A stretch of 64,000 nt of DNA from Gemmatimonadaceae bacterium (GCA_051859245.1 JBHYGA010000004.1:932030-996029), one strand, 5' to 3'. Positions 1-10,557 are shown, counted from the stretch's first letter. Numbers and translations are program-made. The notes: a model not told the origin generated them from the sequence alone.

Positions 1-297
1 GGCCCTGCTGGCCCTGGCCCTGCTGGCCCTGGCCCTGCTGGCCCTGGCCCTGCTGGCCCTGGCCCTGCTGCCCTTGCTGGCCTTGACCCTGCTGGCCTTG
101 ACCCTGCTGCCCCTGCTGGCCCTGCTGGCCCTGCTGACCCTGCTGACCCTGCTGACCTCGCTGGCCCTGACCCTGCTGGCCTTGCTGCCCTTGCTGCCCT
201 TGCTGCCCTTGCTGGCCCTGCCCCTGCTGCCCCTGCTGCCCCTGCTGCCCACCACGCGCCGCGCTGTCGCGCTGCTGTCCCTGCTGACCCTGCTGCT
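1..297 (-). repeat. Coding low-complexity tandem repeat (GGCCCTGCT/GGCCCT units on +) encoding (GQQ/GQ)n
   Basis: Directly visible 9-bp and 6-bp units, in frame with the minus-strand DUF4175-like CDS. Confidence 0.9.
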
Positions 298-3259
298 CCG
301 CCAACCGGTCGCGAAGCGATTCCAATCCGCGCACCAGATCACGCGCCCGCTCCAACGCGCGCTCCTGCTGCCGACTCGCTGACTCCGCAGACAACGACGA
401 CTGCGCCTCGCCAAGCTGTTCCGACACCGCGCCGAGCGCCTCGGTGATCTTGTCTTCAAACGAATTCGCGTACTCGCCCGAGTTACCGCGAATCGTACCG
501 CGCGTGTAATCGATCAGATCACGCAACCGCTGTTCGCGCATCGTCTCCGACGCTTCCGACAACTCGCGCGCCGCTGCCGGCTGTTCACGACGCGCTTCAC
601 GAGCCAGACGCTCCGTCTCCGCCTGCAACCGCGCCACATCACTGGCCAGCGTTTGTTTGCGTTCATCGAGACGACGAAGCTGCTCGGCGCGCTCCGATGC
701 CGACCCGGCATTAGGCAGCTCGCGCACCGCATCTGACATGCTCTGTTGACGCTCTTCGAGTTCCTTCGCACGATCCGCGAGCTGCTTCACGCCCTGATTC
801 AAACCATCCGTGCGTGAGTTCTCAAGTTCGCGTGTCGCACGCGACAACTCCTCAAGCGCGGCGTTGCCTTGCGCCGACGAACCAGCGGCGGCGCGACGCA
901 TTGCGTCCGCTGCTTGCTGCATGCGCTGCGCAGCATCCTGCAGCTCAGGCGAGTTCTGCTCACGCGCCAGTCGCTCCAGTCGGCGCGCTTCTTCTTCGGC
1001 CTGACGAGCCATTTCACGCTGTGCATTGCCGCCACCACCACCGCCCGACTGTTGACCGAGTCGTTCCGATAGTTCCTGCTGCATGCGCTGCAAGCGCTCG
1101 TTCTCCTGCTGCTGACGACTGGCCAGCTGCTTCAAACGCTCCAGCGTTTCGTCGACTTCCTGCTGCGCACTCTGCTGTGCCGACTGCTGCACCGCCTCGT
1201 ATTGATTGCGCAGTTTGTCGGTCTGCAGTTCAAACAAGTCGGCCAGGTCTTCGGCGTTGGCACCACCACCGCCGCCGCCACCACCGCCGCCCTGTTGCTG
1301 ACCACCAATCTGCACTTGCACATCCCGGTAGAGCGCCTGCGCACGTTGCGCGTGCTGCAGCGCCTTCTGCTCCGCGGGCAATGCGGCGCCGCCCTTGCCA
1401 GTACCAAGCAAGCCCTCCGCTTCCTGCATCGCCTTGGCGGACGCAGTCAGCTCGGCCTGGATTTTCGCGAACGTGGTATCGGTCGCACTCACACCGCGTT
1501 GCTGCAGCTGCTGAATGAGGGTGTTCACATCTTCGCGAACTTTTGCCTGCGAAATCGTGAGTGTGGTCAGATCGGTGCTGCGCTGACGCGGCGTGCGCTT
1601 GGCACTGTCGCGCTGCCAGTTGAATGTGCCCGCCACAATCTCTCGCTGACGCGCCACAAACCCGTCGGCAGCCTCACCACCACCACCGCCTCCGCCACCA
1701 CCACCACCACCGCCCTGCTGTTCCGCCTGACGATAGTTCTTGGAGAATGGACGCACTTCGAGGAAGTACACATCGCTCGTACCTTCGTTGCCCGCGCCGT
1801 CACGCGCCACCACGTTGTAGGCAATCAGGTCACCGGCTTCGAGCGTCTGCTCTTCAAGAAACAGTGTGTGCGCCGCACTGATTTCGCGCGCTTCACGTCG
1901 AGCTGTTTCCATGATGTTCACACGCTTCTCTTCGCCACCGTTCACGCGGTAGCGCAGCTCCATCGACGTGACGCCGTAGTCATCATCGCTCTTGGCCGAG
2001 ATCGTGACTTCTTCGAGCGACGTGACTTTGGTATCACGACCCGGCTCTTCAATGCGCACCGTTGGTGCACGATCCGGAATCGCGTCAATCGCGTACTGCA
2101 CACCACCCGGTACTTCGCGTCCGTCTGGTGCCACAAGATCAACGCGATAAAAACCCGTCTTCGTCACCTTGAAGCTGCCGCTGAGTGCGCCCGCGCTGTC
2201 GGCGACAAACGGCACTTCATTACCTTCGTCAAACCGCAGCGCGCCACTCTTCACGGCGCGCGTAATCTCGGGAATCACACGCACTGTGGTACCAACCACG
2301 GCAACCACATCACCGCTGCTTTCAATACGCTCTGGCGCGAGTCCCGTATACGCCGGGTAACGCAGCTCAAGCGTGATCGATCGAACGGCCGGCAGGTCCG
2401 ACACTTTCAGCGTGTACATCGGAGAACGCACACCGTCGGACTCTACGAAGTACTGCGTCTGCGCGGTAATGTCGAACAAACGCGATGCGAACGCGTTGTC
2501 TCCGGTTTGCGTGGTGTCCACACCACCTTCACGCTGCATGGGCAGACGAATCCACTCACTCGACGAATCGGCGCGGAACACCAACTCCGCTCCGTCGGCC
2601 ATGAAGTTCACCAGGTCGGCGCGCACATCGAGCGAACCACCGCGTGGCACCGTGATATCGCCCGGCTCCACCGTTACACTGCGCACAATCGACGCGGCTT
2701 CGGCCGTTGTCCATGGTACAAACAGCAAACGCGTCATGTCGCGAATGCTCGCTGGTCCGAACACCAGCAACGCCACCGACGCCGCGCTCACCACACCAAG
2801 CACTTGCACCGCACGACGCGTGGGACGCTTCTCCAAGCGACGCTCACGCTGAATCGGCGCGAGTGATGCCACCACCTGCGCCGCGAGTCGTGCGGTCAAC
2901 GCGCTCGACGCCCGTTCTTCCGGTGCGCGCTGCACTTCGCTCACCGCCGAAACCAGCGACTGCTTGAGTTCCGGCGCGCGTTCTTCTACATAGAGCGCGA
3001 ATCGTTCATCACTCGTGCGGCGCACAAACGGATACACGAGAAAACGGCCGAGCACCGCAATCACTACGAACCACGCGGCGAATCGCACCGTAAGCACGGT
3101 GTTTTCGCCGGGCCCCATGAGTTGAAAGAGCAGCCAGCCAATCGCGACGGCTGCGACCACGCCCAGTACAATGGCGGCGAGTGCTTCGAGCAGCTGGCGT
3201 TGCCGCCACTGACGGCGCAGCGTATGCAGCGCGGCGAGAAGTTGCACGTCGGGGGTCAT
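1..3259 (-). CDS. DUF4175-like large membrane-anchored protein (N-terminal TM helices, Ig-like region, coiled-coil region, Gln/Gly tail); 3'-partial, runs off window edge
   Basis: Absent from the ORF track because it has no stop in the window. Manual translation from ATG 3259 (ATGA overlap with the stop of 3256..5319): MTPDVQLLAALHTLRRQWRQRQLLEALAAIVLG...LRYPAYTGL...DDDYGV...SDVYFLEVRPF...QQGQQGQ. Open to base 1, >=1086 codons. Confidence 0.85.
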   Translation of the reverse strand, partial: MTPDVQLLAALHTLRRQWRQRQLLEALAAIVLGVVAAVAIGWLLFQLMGPGENTVLTVRFAAWFVVIAVLGRFLVYPFVRRTSDERFALYVEERAPELKQSLVSAVSEVQRAPEERASSALTARLAAQVVASLAPIQRERRLEKRPTRRAVQVLGVVSAASVALLVFGPASIRDMTRLLFVPWTTAEAASIVRSVTVEPGDITVPRGGSLDVRADLVNFMADGAELVFRADSSSEWIRLPMQREGGVDTTQTGDNAFASRLFDITAQTQYFVESDGVRSPMYTLKVSDLPAVRSITLELRYPAYTGLAPERIESSGDVVAVVGTTVRVIPEITRAVKSGALRFDEGNEVPFVADSAGALSGSFKVTKTGFYRVDLVAPDGREVPGGVQYAIDAIPDRAPTVRIEEPGRDTKVTSLEEVTISAKSDDDYGVTSMELRYRVNGGEEKRVNIMETARREAREISAAHTLFLEEQTLEAGDLIAYNVVARDGAGNEGTSDVYFLEVRPFSKNYRQAEQQGGGGGGGGGGGGGEAADGFVARQREIVAGTFNWQRDSAKRTPRQRSTDLTTLTISQAKVREDVNTLIQQLQQRGVSATDTTFAKIQAELTASAKAMQEAEGLLGTGKGGAALPAEQKALQHAQRAQALYRDVQVQIGGQQQGGGGGGGGGGANAEDLADLFELQTDKLRNQYEAVQQSAQQSAQQEVDETLERLKQLASRQQQENERLQRMQQELSERLGQQSGGGGGGNAQREMARQAEEEARRLERLAREQNSPELQDAAQRMQQAADAMRRAAAGSSAQGNAALEELSRATRELENSRTDGLNQGVKQLADRAKELEERQQSMSDAVRELPNAGSASERAEQLRRLDERKQTLASDVARLQAETERLAREARREQPAAARELSEASETMREQRLRDLIDYTRGTIRGNSGEYANSFEDKITEALGAVSEQLGEAQSSLSAESASRQQERALERARDLVRGLESLRDRLAEQQGQQGQQRDSAARGGQQGQQGQQGQGQQGQQGQQGQQGQQGQGQRGQQGQQGQQGQQGQQGQQGQGQQGQGQQGQQGQGQQGQGQQGQGQQGQGQQG

Positions 3260-5319
3260 GGGGCACTCCGCTCCGTTCCAGCAACAGTGAGACGCGCGGC
3301 TTTGCCGCGCCATCCCCGGTTTGCGAGCAGCGTTTCCGCTACCAGCAACAGGGCTGCGATGATCAACAACCAACGCCAGAATCCCTGGCGCTTTTCCACT
3401 TCAATCGATCCGGCCGGACCTGCGCCCGCCGCGTCTTCTTGTTCGGACACCGAAACACCAACCAGAAGTTCCCGCGCGTCCACCGCCGAGAGATCCGATT
3501 CAATCGGCGACACATTCGCCGCGACCGTGGCAACCGGATCACCCGACACTTCTCTCGAATAGGCAGCGTAGACGCCACGTTCCGCCAGAGGCACAGCGGC
3601 TGCGACCGTATCTGATGCCGTCGGGCGCTGCAGTTCGCCCGATGGGGAACTCACCACCGGATCCTGCATGCGCTTGGGCAGCGCCCAGGCTTCGCTCGTG
3701 AGTTGCCACAATGGAGACGCCGCGTGGCCTGAGGTGTGCAACGCGAGGCGCCGCAAAAACGGAAGAAACGCCGGCTGAAGGGGCAGATCACCAGTGCGCG
3801 TATCCATGGGCACCGCGAGGGTGATCACGCGCCCCGCGCCAACTCGGCGCTCAATCACCGCCGGCAACCCGTCATCGAATCGTGCGATCACATCGCTGCC
3901 TGCAGCCGGCGTCACGCGCGCGTACCGCAAGAATCGTGCGGAAGTCAGCGCGCCAGGCGTTTCACGAAACGCCGAGAAGAGCGGATGTTCGTTCTGCACT
4001 TCACCAAACGTGCCGCCACGATCCGAGAAGCGATCGGTAGCGCCATCTACGGTGACAACGCTCATCGGAATGTTGGCGCCGCGTGCACTCAATCGCCGGC
4101 CAACCACCACCACGGCGCCACCACCGGCCTGCACAAAGGCATCGAGGGCCGTGTTCTCGCCGGCGGTGAGTGGAGTGTCCCACACAACCGCGAGCCCGGC
4201 GTTGCGAAGCGTTGGCGAGGTCAGCGTCCCGGGAAGTTGACGCGTGATGCGCACCGTTGGCGCACGTCCGATGGCGAGCGCGCGCTCGGCGAACAGTGTT
4301 TCGCTTTCAATGGCATCGTTGGCTGCAAGCAGAACAACGGGCAATGCATCTTCGCCGGCGAGCGCAAAGTAAAAGGTGTCGTCGGCAGCCAGTTTGTCGT
4401 TCTCAAGCGTGATCATGCCACGCACGCGACCAGACGGCAGCGGGACCGCGTCAAAAGCCACCACGCGCTCACCATCAACCGGCAACGTGACCGTTTGCTC
4501 ACCGCTCGCGCGACCGTCAATCTGCAACTGTGCACGAACCGTACGCGGTGCTTCCAGGCTCCGCGCTATCACACGCGCCTGCACTGATAGCCGCGTGCGA
4601 TCAAGATCGGCAACGCGGCGCACATCAACACCGGTGACGGAACTGTTTGACTTGCTCGTTGGGGCGATTGCGACCGATCGCACGGTTACACGCGAAGGCA
4701 GCTCCAGACCAGCGAGGCCCGCCACACCGCCGCGTTGCAGATCGGTAATCACCACGAGTTCGGCCGGAACCGATGGTGCGTCAAGCAACACACTGCGCGC
4801 GGCGCGCAACGCGCTCACGTAGCGCGTGCCACGCGCCGTCGGCTTGGCTGTTTGCAGTACGGCATCGATCGCGGCACGATCCGTGGACAGCGTTTGTGCC
4901 ACTTCGGCTTCATCATCAAACAGAATGAGCGCAACGCGATCCTGCGGTCCCGCCTCACGCACAATACGCCGCGCCGAATCAATGGCGGCAGGCCACACCT
5001 CGGTGTGACCCATGCTCATGGAACGATCCAGCAGAATCACCGAGACCTTTGGTTCATCAGCCGCTGCGGCCTCAGCACTGTCGGCCGCAAAAGGACGCGC
5101 GAACGCAAGTACCAGCAGCGCCAGCGCGAGCGCACGGAGCGCCAACAACGGCCAATCGGTAATGCGTTGACGCTTACTCGTTCGTATCGCCAGCTGCTCA
5201 AGAAACATGAGCGACGGAAACAACACGGGCGTGCCTTTTTCGCGATGCCGCAAGTGCATCACGATGGGAATGGCCAGTGCCGCTAATCCGGCGAGAAAGG
5301 CAGGAACAAGAAAGTTCAT
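3256..5319 (-). CDS. BatA N-terminal + vWA domain protein with C-terminal GATase-like region and TM anchor
   Basis: 687 aa. BatA-type N-terminus (MNFLVPAFLAGLAALAIPIVMHL...FPSLMFL), MIDAS DRSMS, ITDLQ, C-terminal WRWLLIIAALLLVAE helix. Confidence 0.85.
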   Translation of the reverse strand: MNFLVPAFLAGLAALAIPIVMHLRHREKGTPVLFPSLMFLEQLAIRTSKRQRITDWPLLALRALALALLVLAFARPFAADSAEAAAADEPKVSVILLDRSMSMGHTEVWPAAIDSARRIVREAGPQDRVALILFDDEAEVAQTLSTDRAAIDAVLQTAKPTARGTRYVSALRAARSVLLDAPSVPAELVVITDLQRGGVAGLAGLELPSRVTVRSVAIAPTSKSNSSVTGVDVRRVADLDRTRLSVQARVIARSLEAPRTVRAQLQIDGRASGEQTVTLPVDGERVVAFDAVPLPSGRVRGMITLENDKLAADDTFYFALAGEDALPVVLLAANDAIESETLFAERALAIGRAPTVRITRQLPGTLTSPTLRNAGLAVVWDTPLTAGENTALDAFVQAGGGAVVVVGRRLSARGANIPMSVVTVDGATDRFSDRGGTFGEVQNEHPLFSAFRETPGALTSARFLRYARVTPAAGSDVIARFDDGLPAVIERRVGAGRVITLAVPMDTRTGDLPLQPAFLPFLRRLALHTSGHAASPLWQLTSEAWALPKRMQDPVVSSPSGELQRPTASDTVAAAVPLAERGVYAAYSREVSGDPVATVAANVSPIESDLSAVDARELLVGVSVSEQEDAAGAGPAGSIEVEKRQGFWRWLLIIAALLLVAETLLANRGWRGKAARLTVAGTERSAP

Positions 5320-6218
5320 CAGCGCCCCGGATGGCGCATCGCGCGCATGTCGAGATAGGCGTGCAATGCGAGATCCAGCGGTTTGTCCGTCTCAATCGGC
5401 ACGTAATCCACGCGTCCGGCCGCCAGTCGCTTGGTGAGCGCATCACGGTGCGACGCAAACGCCTCCTTGTACTGCTTGCGCAGTTCATCGGGGCGGAGCG
5501 GCAATCGCACACCACTCTCGGCATCTTCAATGGTGAGCGGTACGTCAAACGACAGATCCCGTTCACCCGGATCAATCGGATGAAAGAGAATCACGTCATG
5601 TCCGCGAGCACGCATCGTGTCCAGCGCGCGCCCCAGCCGGTCTGCGGGCTCGTAGCAGTCGGAGACAATCACGACAACACCCGCGCGAGTCGTCACGTGC
5701 GCCACTCGTTCGAGCGTTTCGAGCAATCGTCCGCGACCACTGGCTTTGGTGCGGCCAAGCGTATGCAGCATGCGCTGCAAATGACGCGCCGACGGCGGAA
5801 TCACTTCGCCGAGGTCATCACCCATGGTGACGAGCCCCACACGGTCACCTTGATTCTTGGACAACCACGCCAGTGACGCGACCAGAAATCGCGCGTAGTC
5901 AAACTTGGTTACAGGTCCGGTCGCAAAATCCATGGACGCCGACGTATCGAGCGCGAACCAGACACTCACATTCGTGTCTGCTTCGTACTGCTTGACGTAA
6001 TAACGATCCGTTCGTGCAAACAAACGCCAGTCCACACGCCGCAAGTCATCACCAGGCTGATACGCGCGATGTTCGGCGAAGTCGAGCGACGATCCTTTGC
6101 GTGCTGAACGGTGCACGCCGTGCATGAAACCATCCACAACAGTCCGCGCCAGCAGCTCGAGATCCGAGATGCGGGCCAGCAATGCTGGATCCAGAAAGGC
6201 CGCGGGAGCGGTGGCCAC
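5319..6218 (-). CDS. DUF58 family protein
   Basis: 299 aa. Motifs GVHRS..KGSSLDFAEHRAYQPGDDLRRVDW and DTSASM; directly downstream of MoxR. Confidence 0.92.
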   Translation of the reverse strand: MATAPAAFLDPALLARISDLELLARTVVDGFMHGVHRSARKGSSLDFAEHRAYQPGDDLRRVDWRLFARTDRYYVKQYEADTNVSVWFALDTSASMDFATGPVTKFDYARFLVASLAWLSKNQGDRVGLVTMGDDLGEVIPPSARHLQRMLHTLGRTKASGRGRLLETLERVAHVTTRAGVVVIVSDCYEPADRLGRALDTMRARGHDVILFHPIDPGERDLSFDVPLTIEDAESGVRLPLRPDELRKQYKEAFASHRDALTKRLAAGRVDYVPIETDKPLDLALHAYLDMRAMRHPGR

Positions 6219-6220
6219 GT

Positions 6221-7261
6221 TCAGCGCTCCGAGCGGGGCACGGGGTTCGCCTGCACGAGCTGCTCAACGAGTTTGTCGGTGGTGACCTTCTCCGACTGCG
6301 CCTGAAAGTTGGCCAGAATTCTGTGACGAAGCACGGGACGCGCGAGCGCCGTGATGTCATCAAGGCTCACGTGCGTGCGGCCCTGCAACAACGCGCGCGC
6401 CTTGCCACCAAGCACGAGCGCCTGCGCGGCACGCACACTGGCACCGTAGGAGATGTACTGCTTCACAAAATCCGGCGCGTGTACATCGCTCGGACGCGAC
6501 ATGCGAACCAGGCGCACGGCCCACCGCGTGACCATGTCGGACACCGGTACGCGACGCACAACCTGCTGGAACGCCAGAATCTCGGCTTTGCTCACCACCG
6601 GCGTAATCGCTTTGGGCGATACACTGGTCGTTGAGCGCACCACATTCACTTCGTCGTCTTCCGGCAGATAGTCGAGCATCACTTCAAGCATGAAGCGGTC
6701 GAGCTGCGCTTCAGGCAGTGGATACGTGCCTTCAAGTTCGATCGGGTTCTGCGTCGCGAACACAAAGAACGGCGGATCGAGCTCGTACGTTCGTCCTTGC
6801 ACCGTGACGCGCTTTTCCTGCATGGCTTCCAGCAACGCCGCCTGCGTCTTGGGCGGCGTACGATTGATTTCGTCGGCCAGCAATACGTTCGTGAACACCG
6901 GACCGGCCATGAACGCGAGCTTGCGCTGACCCGTTTGCGGATCGTCCTGAATCACGTCGGTACCGGTGACGTCAGACGGCATGAGGTCAGGCGTGAACTG
7001 AATGCGATTGAACTTGAGATCAAGCGCGCGTGCGAGTGAAGACACGAGCAGCGTTTTGGCGAGACCCGGTACACCCACCAGCAAACAGTTGCCGCCCGCA
7101 AAGAGCGCAATCAGCGCCTGTTCCACCACCGCATCCTGGCCTACGATCACCTTGCGGAGTTCGGTGGTGATGCGCGTGCCGGCGGCGTGCAGCCGGTCAG
7201 CGAGTGCGGCGTCGTCGAGCGTAAGCAGCTCGGAATCCATCTGGGTGTTGGTCACGGTCAC
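6221..7261 (-). CDS. moxR: MoxR family AAA+ ATPase
   Basis: 346 aa. Walker A GVPGLAKT, RIQFTPDLMPSD, Walker B LADEINR, ATQNPIELEGTYPLPEAQLDRF. Confidence 0.95.
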   Translation of the reverse strand: MTVTNTQMDSELLTLDDAALADRLHAAGTRITTELRKVIVGQDAVVEQALIALFAGGNCLLVGVPGLAKTLLVSSLARALDLKFNRIQFTPDLMPSDVTGTDVIQDDPQTGQRKLAFMAGPVFTNVLLADEINRTPPKTQAALLEAMQEKRVTVQGRTYELDPPFFVFATQNPIELEGTYPLPEAQLDRFMLEVMLDYLPEDDEVNVVRSTTSVSPKAITPVVSKAEILAFQQVVRRVPVSDMVTRWAVRLVRMSRPSDVHAPDFVKQYISYGASVRAAQALVLGGKARALLQGRTHVSLDDITALARPVLRHRILANFQAQSEKVTTDKLVEQLVQANPVPRSER

Positions 7262-7276
7262 GCGAGGGCCTCGGGG

Positions 7277-8038
7277 TCAGCGGCTGAGAGCGTACACGAT
7301 GTAGTTGATGCCGAGCTTGTAGGCTTCATTCGATAGATCAATCGGGAAGTACCCCTCGTCGGAGAACTCCCAGTACTCGGCGATGTCGTTGTTGAAGTTC
7401 ACCATCATCAGCATGCGCTGCGACGGATCGTTGTTCTCAAACACGCCGTAAAACTCGGACGGGACCTGCTGCAGCGGGTGGTAATAGTCGAGCGACGTGA
7501 TGCGGTAGAACGAGTCAAAAATCGGGTGCGACGTATCGAGTCGAACAGGCACCGCGCCCGGCAACACCTTGTCCACCTGCGCCGCAAAGTTGAACCAATC
7601 GCGGCCGGCAAAATCGTCAAAAATCATGAAGCCACCCTTTTGCAAGTACGCGCGCAACGCGAGCACTTCCGCAGGGTTCGGAAGCCAGAATCCTGGCTCC
7701 GCCATGTAGATCACGGGAAACCGAAAGAGCTCCGGATTGTCGAGCGAGAGAATCGTGCTGGCATCACTGCGCACGCGCACCGTCGACAACTCTTCAAGAA
7801 TCTTGAGGAAGTTGCGTTCTGCACGCGGATAGTCGTGCGCCCACGCGGAGCCACCTCCGCGACGGAACGAGAAGTTCTGTTCACTGTAGCTGATGCGCGC
7901 AAACACATAGCGGCCGTCATACTCCGCATTAGGAAAATCTTCCATGCCGCGACGCTCGCGGCCGCCCTGGGCAAAGGCGAGTGCACCGGCGCTGAGCAGC
8001 AGTGCGCATGTTGCCACGAGCGTTCGCGCACGACTCAT
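7277..8038 (-). CDS. DUF4159-like secreted protein
   Basis: 253 aa. Signal peptide (ALAFA|Q), WAHDYP, LRAYLQKGGFMIFDDF, HPIFDSFY, GINYIVYAL. Confidence 0.8.
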   Translation of the reverse strand: MSRARTLVATCALLLSAGALAFAQGGRERRGMEDFPNAEYDGRYVFARISYSEQNFSFRRGGGSAWAHDYPRAERNFLKILEELSTVRVRSDASTILSLDNPELFRFPVIYMAEPGFWLPNPAEVLALRAYLQKGGFMIFDDFAGRDWFNFAAQVDKVLPGAVPVRLDTSHPIFDSFYRITSLDYYHPLQQVPSEFYGVFENNDPSQRMLMMVNFNNDIAEYWEFSDEGYFPIDLSNEAYKLGINYIVYALSR

Positions 8039-10557
8039 CGCGCACCGCCTGGTGGTGTGCTCGAGCGCAGTTGCAGCAACAATGCCTGCGCCTTCTCAAA
8101 ACCAGGTGCTGTTTCCAGCATGCCAATGACTTCGCGTCGCGCCGCGGGAATGTCACCGGCCCGCCGGAGCGCATCGGCCAGCTGGTAGCGCGCTTCGAGC
8201 GGATCCGATGCACCAATGGCCAACGCCGCGCGACGCTCGCGCACGGCGACGGTATGCAAACCCGTACGCGTGGCTGCGCTGGCCAGCCGTTCGTGCAGGC
8301 TCGCACTGTACGGAGCCATCCAGATAATGCGCTCAAGCGTTTTCACAAGCGCGGTATCGTTGCCGCGTGCCTCGAGCAAATCGGCTTCGAGCACGTTGGC
8401 CGCCATCGCGGTTTCCTGCGCGCGCGTGATGTTGCGCAAATACGACAAAGCCGCCGTTGTATCTGCACGTTCAAGTGCGAGGCGGGCGAGATACCAATCG
8501 GGACCCGTAGAGGCGTGCAAATCTGGCCAGAGCGCCTGCGCCTTCTCGAACGCTCGCTGCGCCTCACGCGCGCGCTGTGCCTCAAGATGCCCCACACCTT
8601 CGCGCATGGCGTCCACAAACTCACCGTTTACGATGCCCGGTCCCTCACCGGGCACCACCGCAGCGAGCGCCTTTCCAAAACGCTTGGTCATGAAGGCGCG
8701 AAAGCGATTGTCGAGCGAGTCACCCGATACCCTGAGCGTGCGCGCAAACACGTCGGGCGATTCCAGCCCGTCGCGATACGCCTTCATCATGGCCGGCAAG
8801 ACCGCCGCACCAAACTCCTGTTCAATCATCTCGCATACGAGCGACGCGAGATAGTAGCTGAACTGTACCTCGGCCGGATATCGCGGACGCACAAACCCGT
8901 CGTTCAGTGAGCTGACCGGCCGCAGCATGTTCGCTTTGTACGCCGCGAGAAACTCAACCGATGCCTTTGCGCCCCAGCCATCGCGTGCGCGACGTTCTTC
9001 AAGCACTGACAACCCTTCAGATAGCCAGCGCGGCACCTGATTGTTGCTGGCACCGAGCGTGAAGGTGTGCGCCAACTCGTGCCAAGCGGTGGAGCCCCAG
9101 TTAAACGAACCCGGTTCGCGCGCTGACGGTGCATCCATGGCCAGCACATCACCAAAACTCACGCCGAGTGCGCCAAGGCCCGTGAGGCCAACTGAGCGCA
9201 CTGAAAAATCCGCGTGACGCCGGAAAATCTCAAACCGAACCGGCCGATCAGGCTTCCACGCATATCGCTTGGCCAGCGTATCGTACGCTTCTTCAAGCAT
9301 CGGCAGCAGATACAACTCCATCAGCGCCGCGTCTTCAGGTGACACAACCAAACGGAACCGCTCGCGCTCGATGACGGTGAACTTCTTCATTTCATCGAGC
9401 AGGTCGAGCGTATTCTTGTGCCACAGGTTGAAGGGATCAATCGCGAACGCGCGCTCGAGCGTGGCGCGGCCCTCGTTCATGGCACCCGTGCGCAACTGAT
9501 TCGTGCCGAGCACGCCAAGTGCGCGCACCGAGTTGGAATCGAGCGCCACCGCTTGTTCAGCCCAGCGCACGCCGTCAGCGTATCGACGATGGCGCACCGC
9601 GGTCTCCGCAAGCGTCGCAAAAAAGCCGGCGGGCCGCGGATTCAACGCCTCCGCGCGCTTCTGCGATTCCATCAGCACCGTTGCGTTACCTGCGAACCAA
9701 GCCACCGCGCCACGTAGCGCCCACGCTTCGATTGCGGTGGAGTCAATCGCGAGCGCACGATCGGCCGCTACCGAGGCCGAATCGTATGCTTCGGCTTCGA
9801 GATGCAACCGCGCGAGCATGGTGTGCGCTGCAGTCAGCGACGGATTGGCCGCAAGACTCTTGCGCACCGTTTCCATGGCCGCCGCTTCGCCTTCAAACTC
9901 CTGCACGCGCGCCATGCCGAGCAGCGCACGGGGATACGCAGGGTTTACGCTCAGCACATCGGAGAACGATGACTTGGCGTCAGGTGCGTTGTACTTCTCA
10001 AGCAGCAACTCACCGGCCCGAACGCGGGCGTCGAGCAGCGTGGGATCGGCTGCCCACGCCGCGTCGAATGCCCCCAGTGCCTGACGCGCCAAACGCGAGT
10101 CACGCAGGCCGAGCAGCACATACGCGCGACCCGCCGCCACACGCTCTTCCGGGCTCCATTGCGAGCCGCCACGTTCGTACGCTGCGGTGATTCGCTCGGC
10201 GCGGTCAAGCGCGTCCGTAATATCGCCGCGACGCGCACTCAACTCCGCGCGACTAACCTCCGCGACGCGAGCCAGCGGCGCGTTGGTTGCAGTGGCGTAC
10301 ACCGAATCCGCAGCGCGCAACTGGCCGCGCATCACCAGCACATCACCGAGCGTTGCGGCAAGTGTTGGTCCCGCGGCGCGCGCTGCCGATTCTGCCTGTT
10401 CGAGTTTGCCTTCGTTGGCGAGCGCGAGGATCGCTGGTCGATCTTGCGCGTCCGCCTGGCAGGCGCCGAGCAGCACGGAGCACGCGGCAACAAACGCCAC
10501 TCGCCCAACGCGAGCGCCGCGCCGAGTGCTCACCGGCGTATTCAGCTGCGTGCTCAC
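8035..10557 (-). CDS. TPR-repeat (lipo)protein with internal gluzincin (peptidase MA-like) domain
   Basis: 840 aa. Lipobox-like LLGAC, many TPR-like helices, WHELAH (HExxH) followed by PRWLSEG. Confidence 0.8.
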   Translation of the reverse strand: MSTQLNTPVSTRRGARVGRVAFVAACSVLLGACQADAQDRPAILALANEGKLEQAESAARAAGPTLAATLGDVLVMRGQLRAADSVYATATNAPLARVAEVSRAELSARRGDITDALDRAERITAAYERGGSQWSPEERVAAGRAYVLLGLRDSRLARQALGAFDAAWAADPTLLDARVRAGELLLEKYNAPDAKSSFSDVLSVNPAYPRALLGMARVQEFEGEAAAMETVRKSLAANPSLTAAHTMLARLHLEAEAYDSASVAADRALAIDSTAIEAWALRGAVAWFAGNATVLMESQKRAEALNPRPAGFFATLAETAVRHRRYADGVRWAEQAVALDSNSVRALGVLGTNQLRTGAMNEGRATLERAFAIDPFNLWHKNTLDLLDEMKKFTVIERERFRLVVSPEDAALMELYLLPMLEEAYDTLAKRYAWKPDRPVRFEIFRRHADFSVRSVGLTGLGALGVSFGDVLAMDAPSAREPGSFNWGSTAWHELAHTFTLGASNNQVPRWLSEGLSVLEERRARDGWGAKASVEFLAAYKANMLRPVSSLNDGFVRPRYPAEVQFSYYLASLVCEMIEQEFGAAVLPAMMKAYRDGLESPDVFARTLRVSGDSLDNRFRAFMTKRFGKALAAVVPGEGPGIVNGEFVDAMREGVGHLEAQRAREAQRAFEKAQALWPDLHASTGPDWYLARLALERADTTAALSYLRNITRAQETAMAANVLEADLLEARGNDTALVKTLERIIWMAPYSASLHERLASAATRTGLHTVAVRERRAALAIGASDPLEARYQLADALRRAGDIPAARREVIGMLETAPGFEKAQALLLQLRSSTPPGGAR

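Noticed and set aside
1..297. Possible CRISPR or non-coding satellite
   Set aside because: No unique spacers; unit lengths are multiples of 3 and encode Gln/Gly in frame.
74..2866. Plus-strand ORFs 74..382 (poly-Leu) and 1202..2866 (554 aa)
   Set aside because: Antisense shadows of the minus-strand DUF4175-like gene, which is coupled to the operon and reads as a coherent protein.
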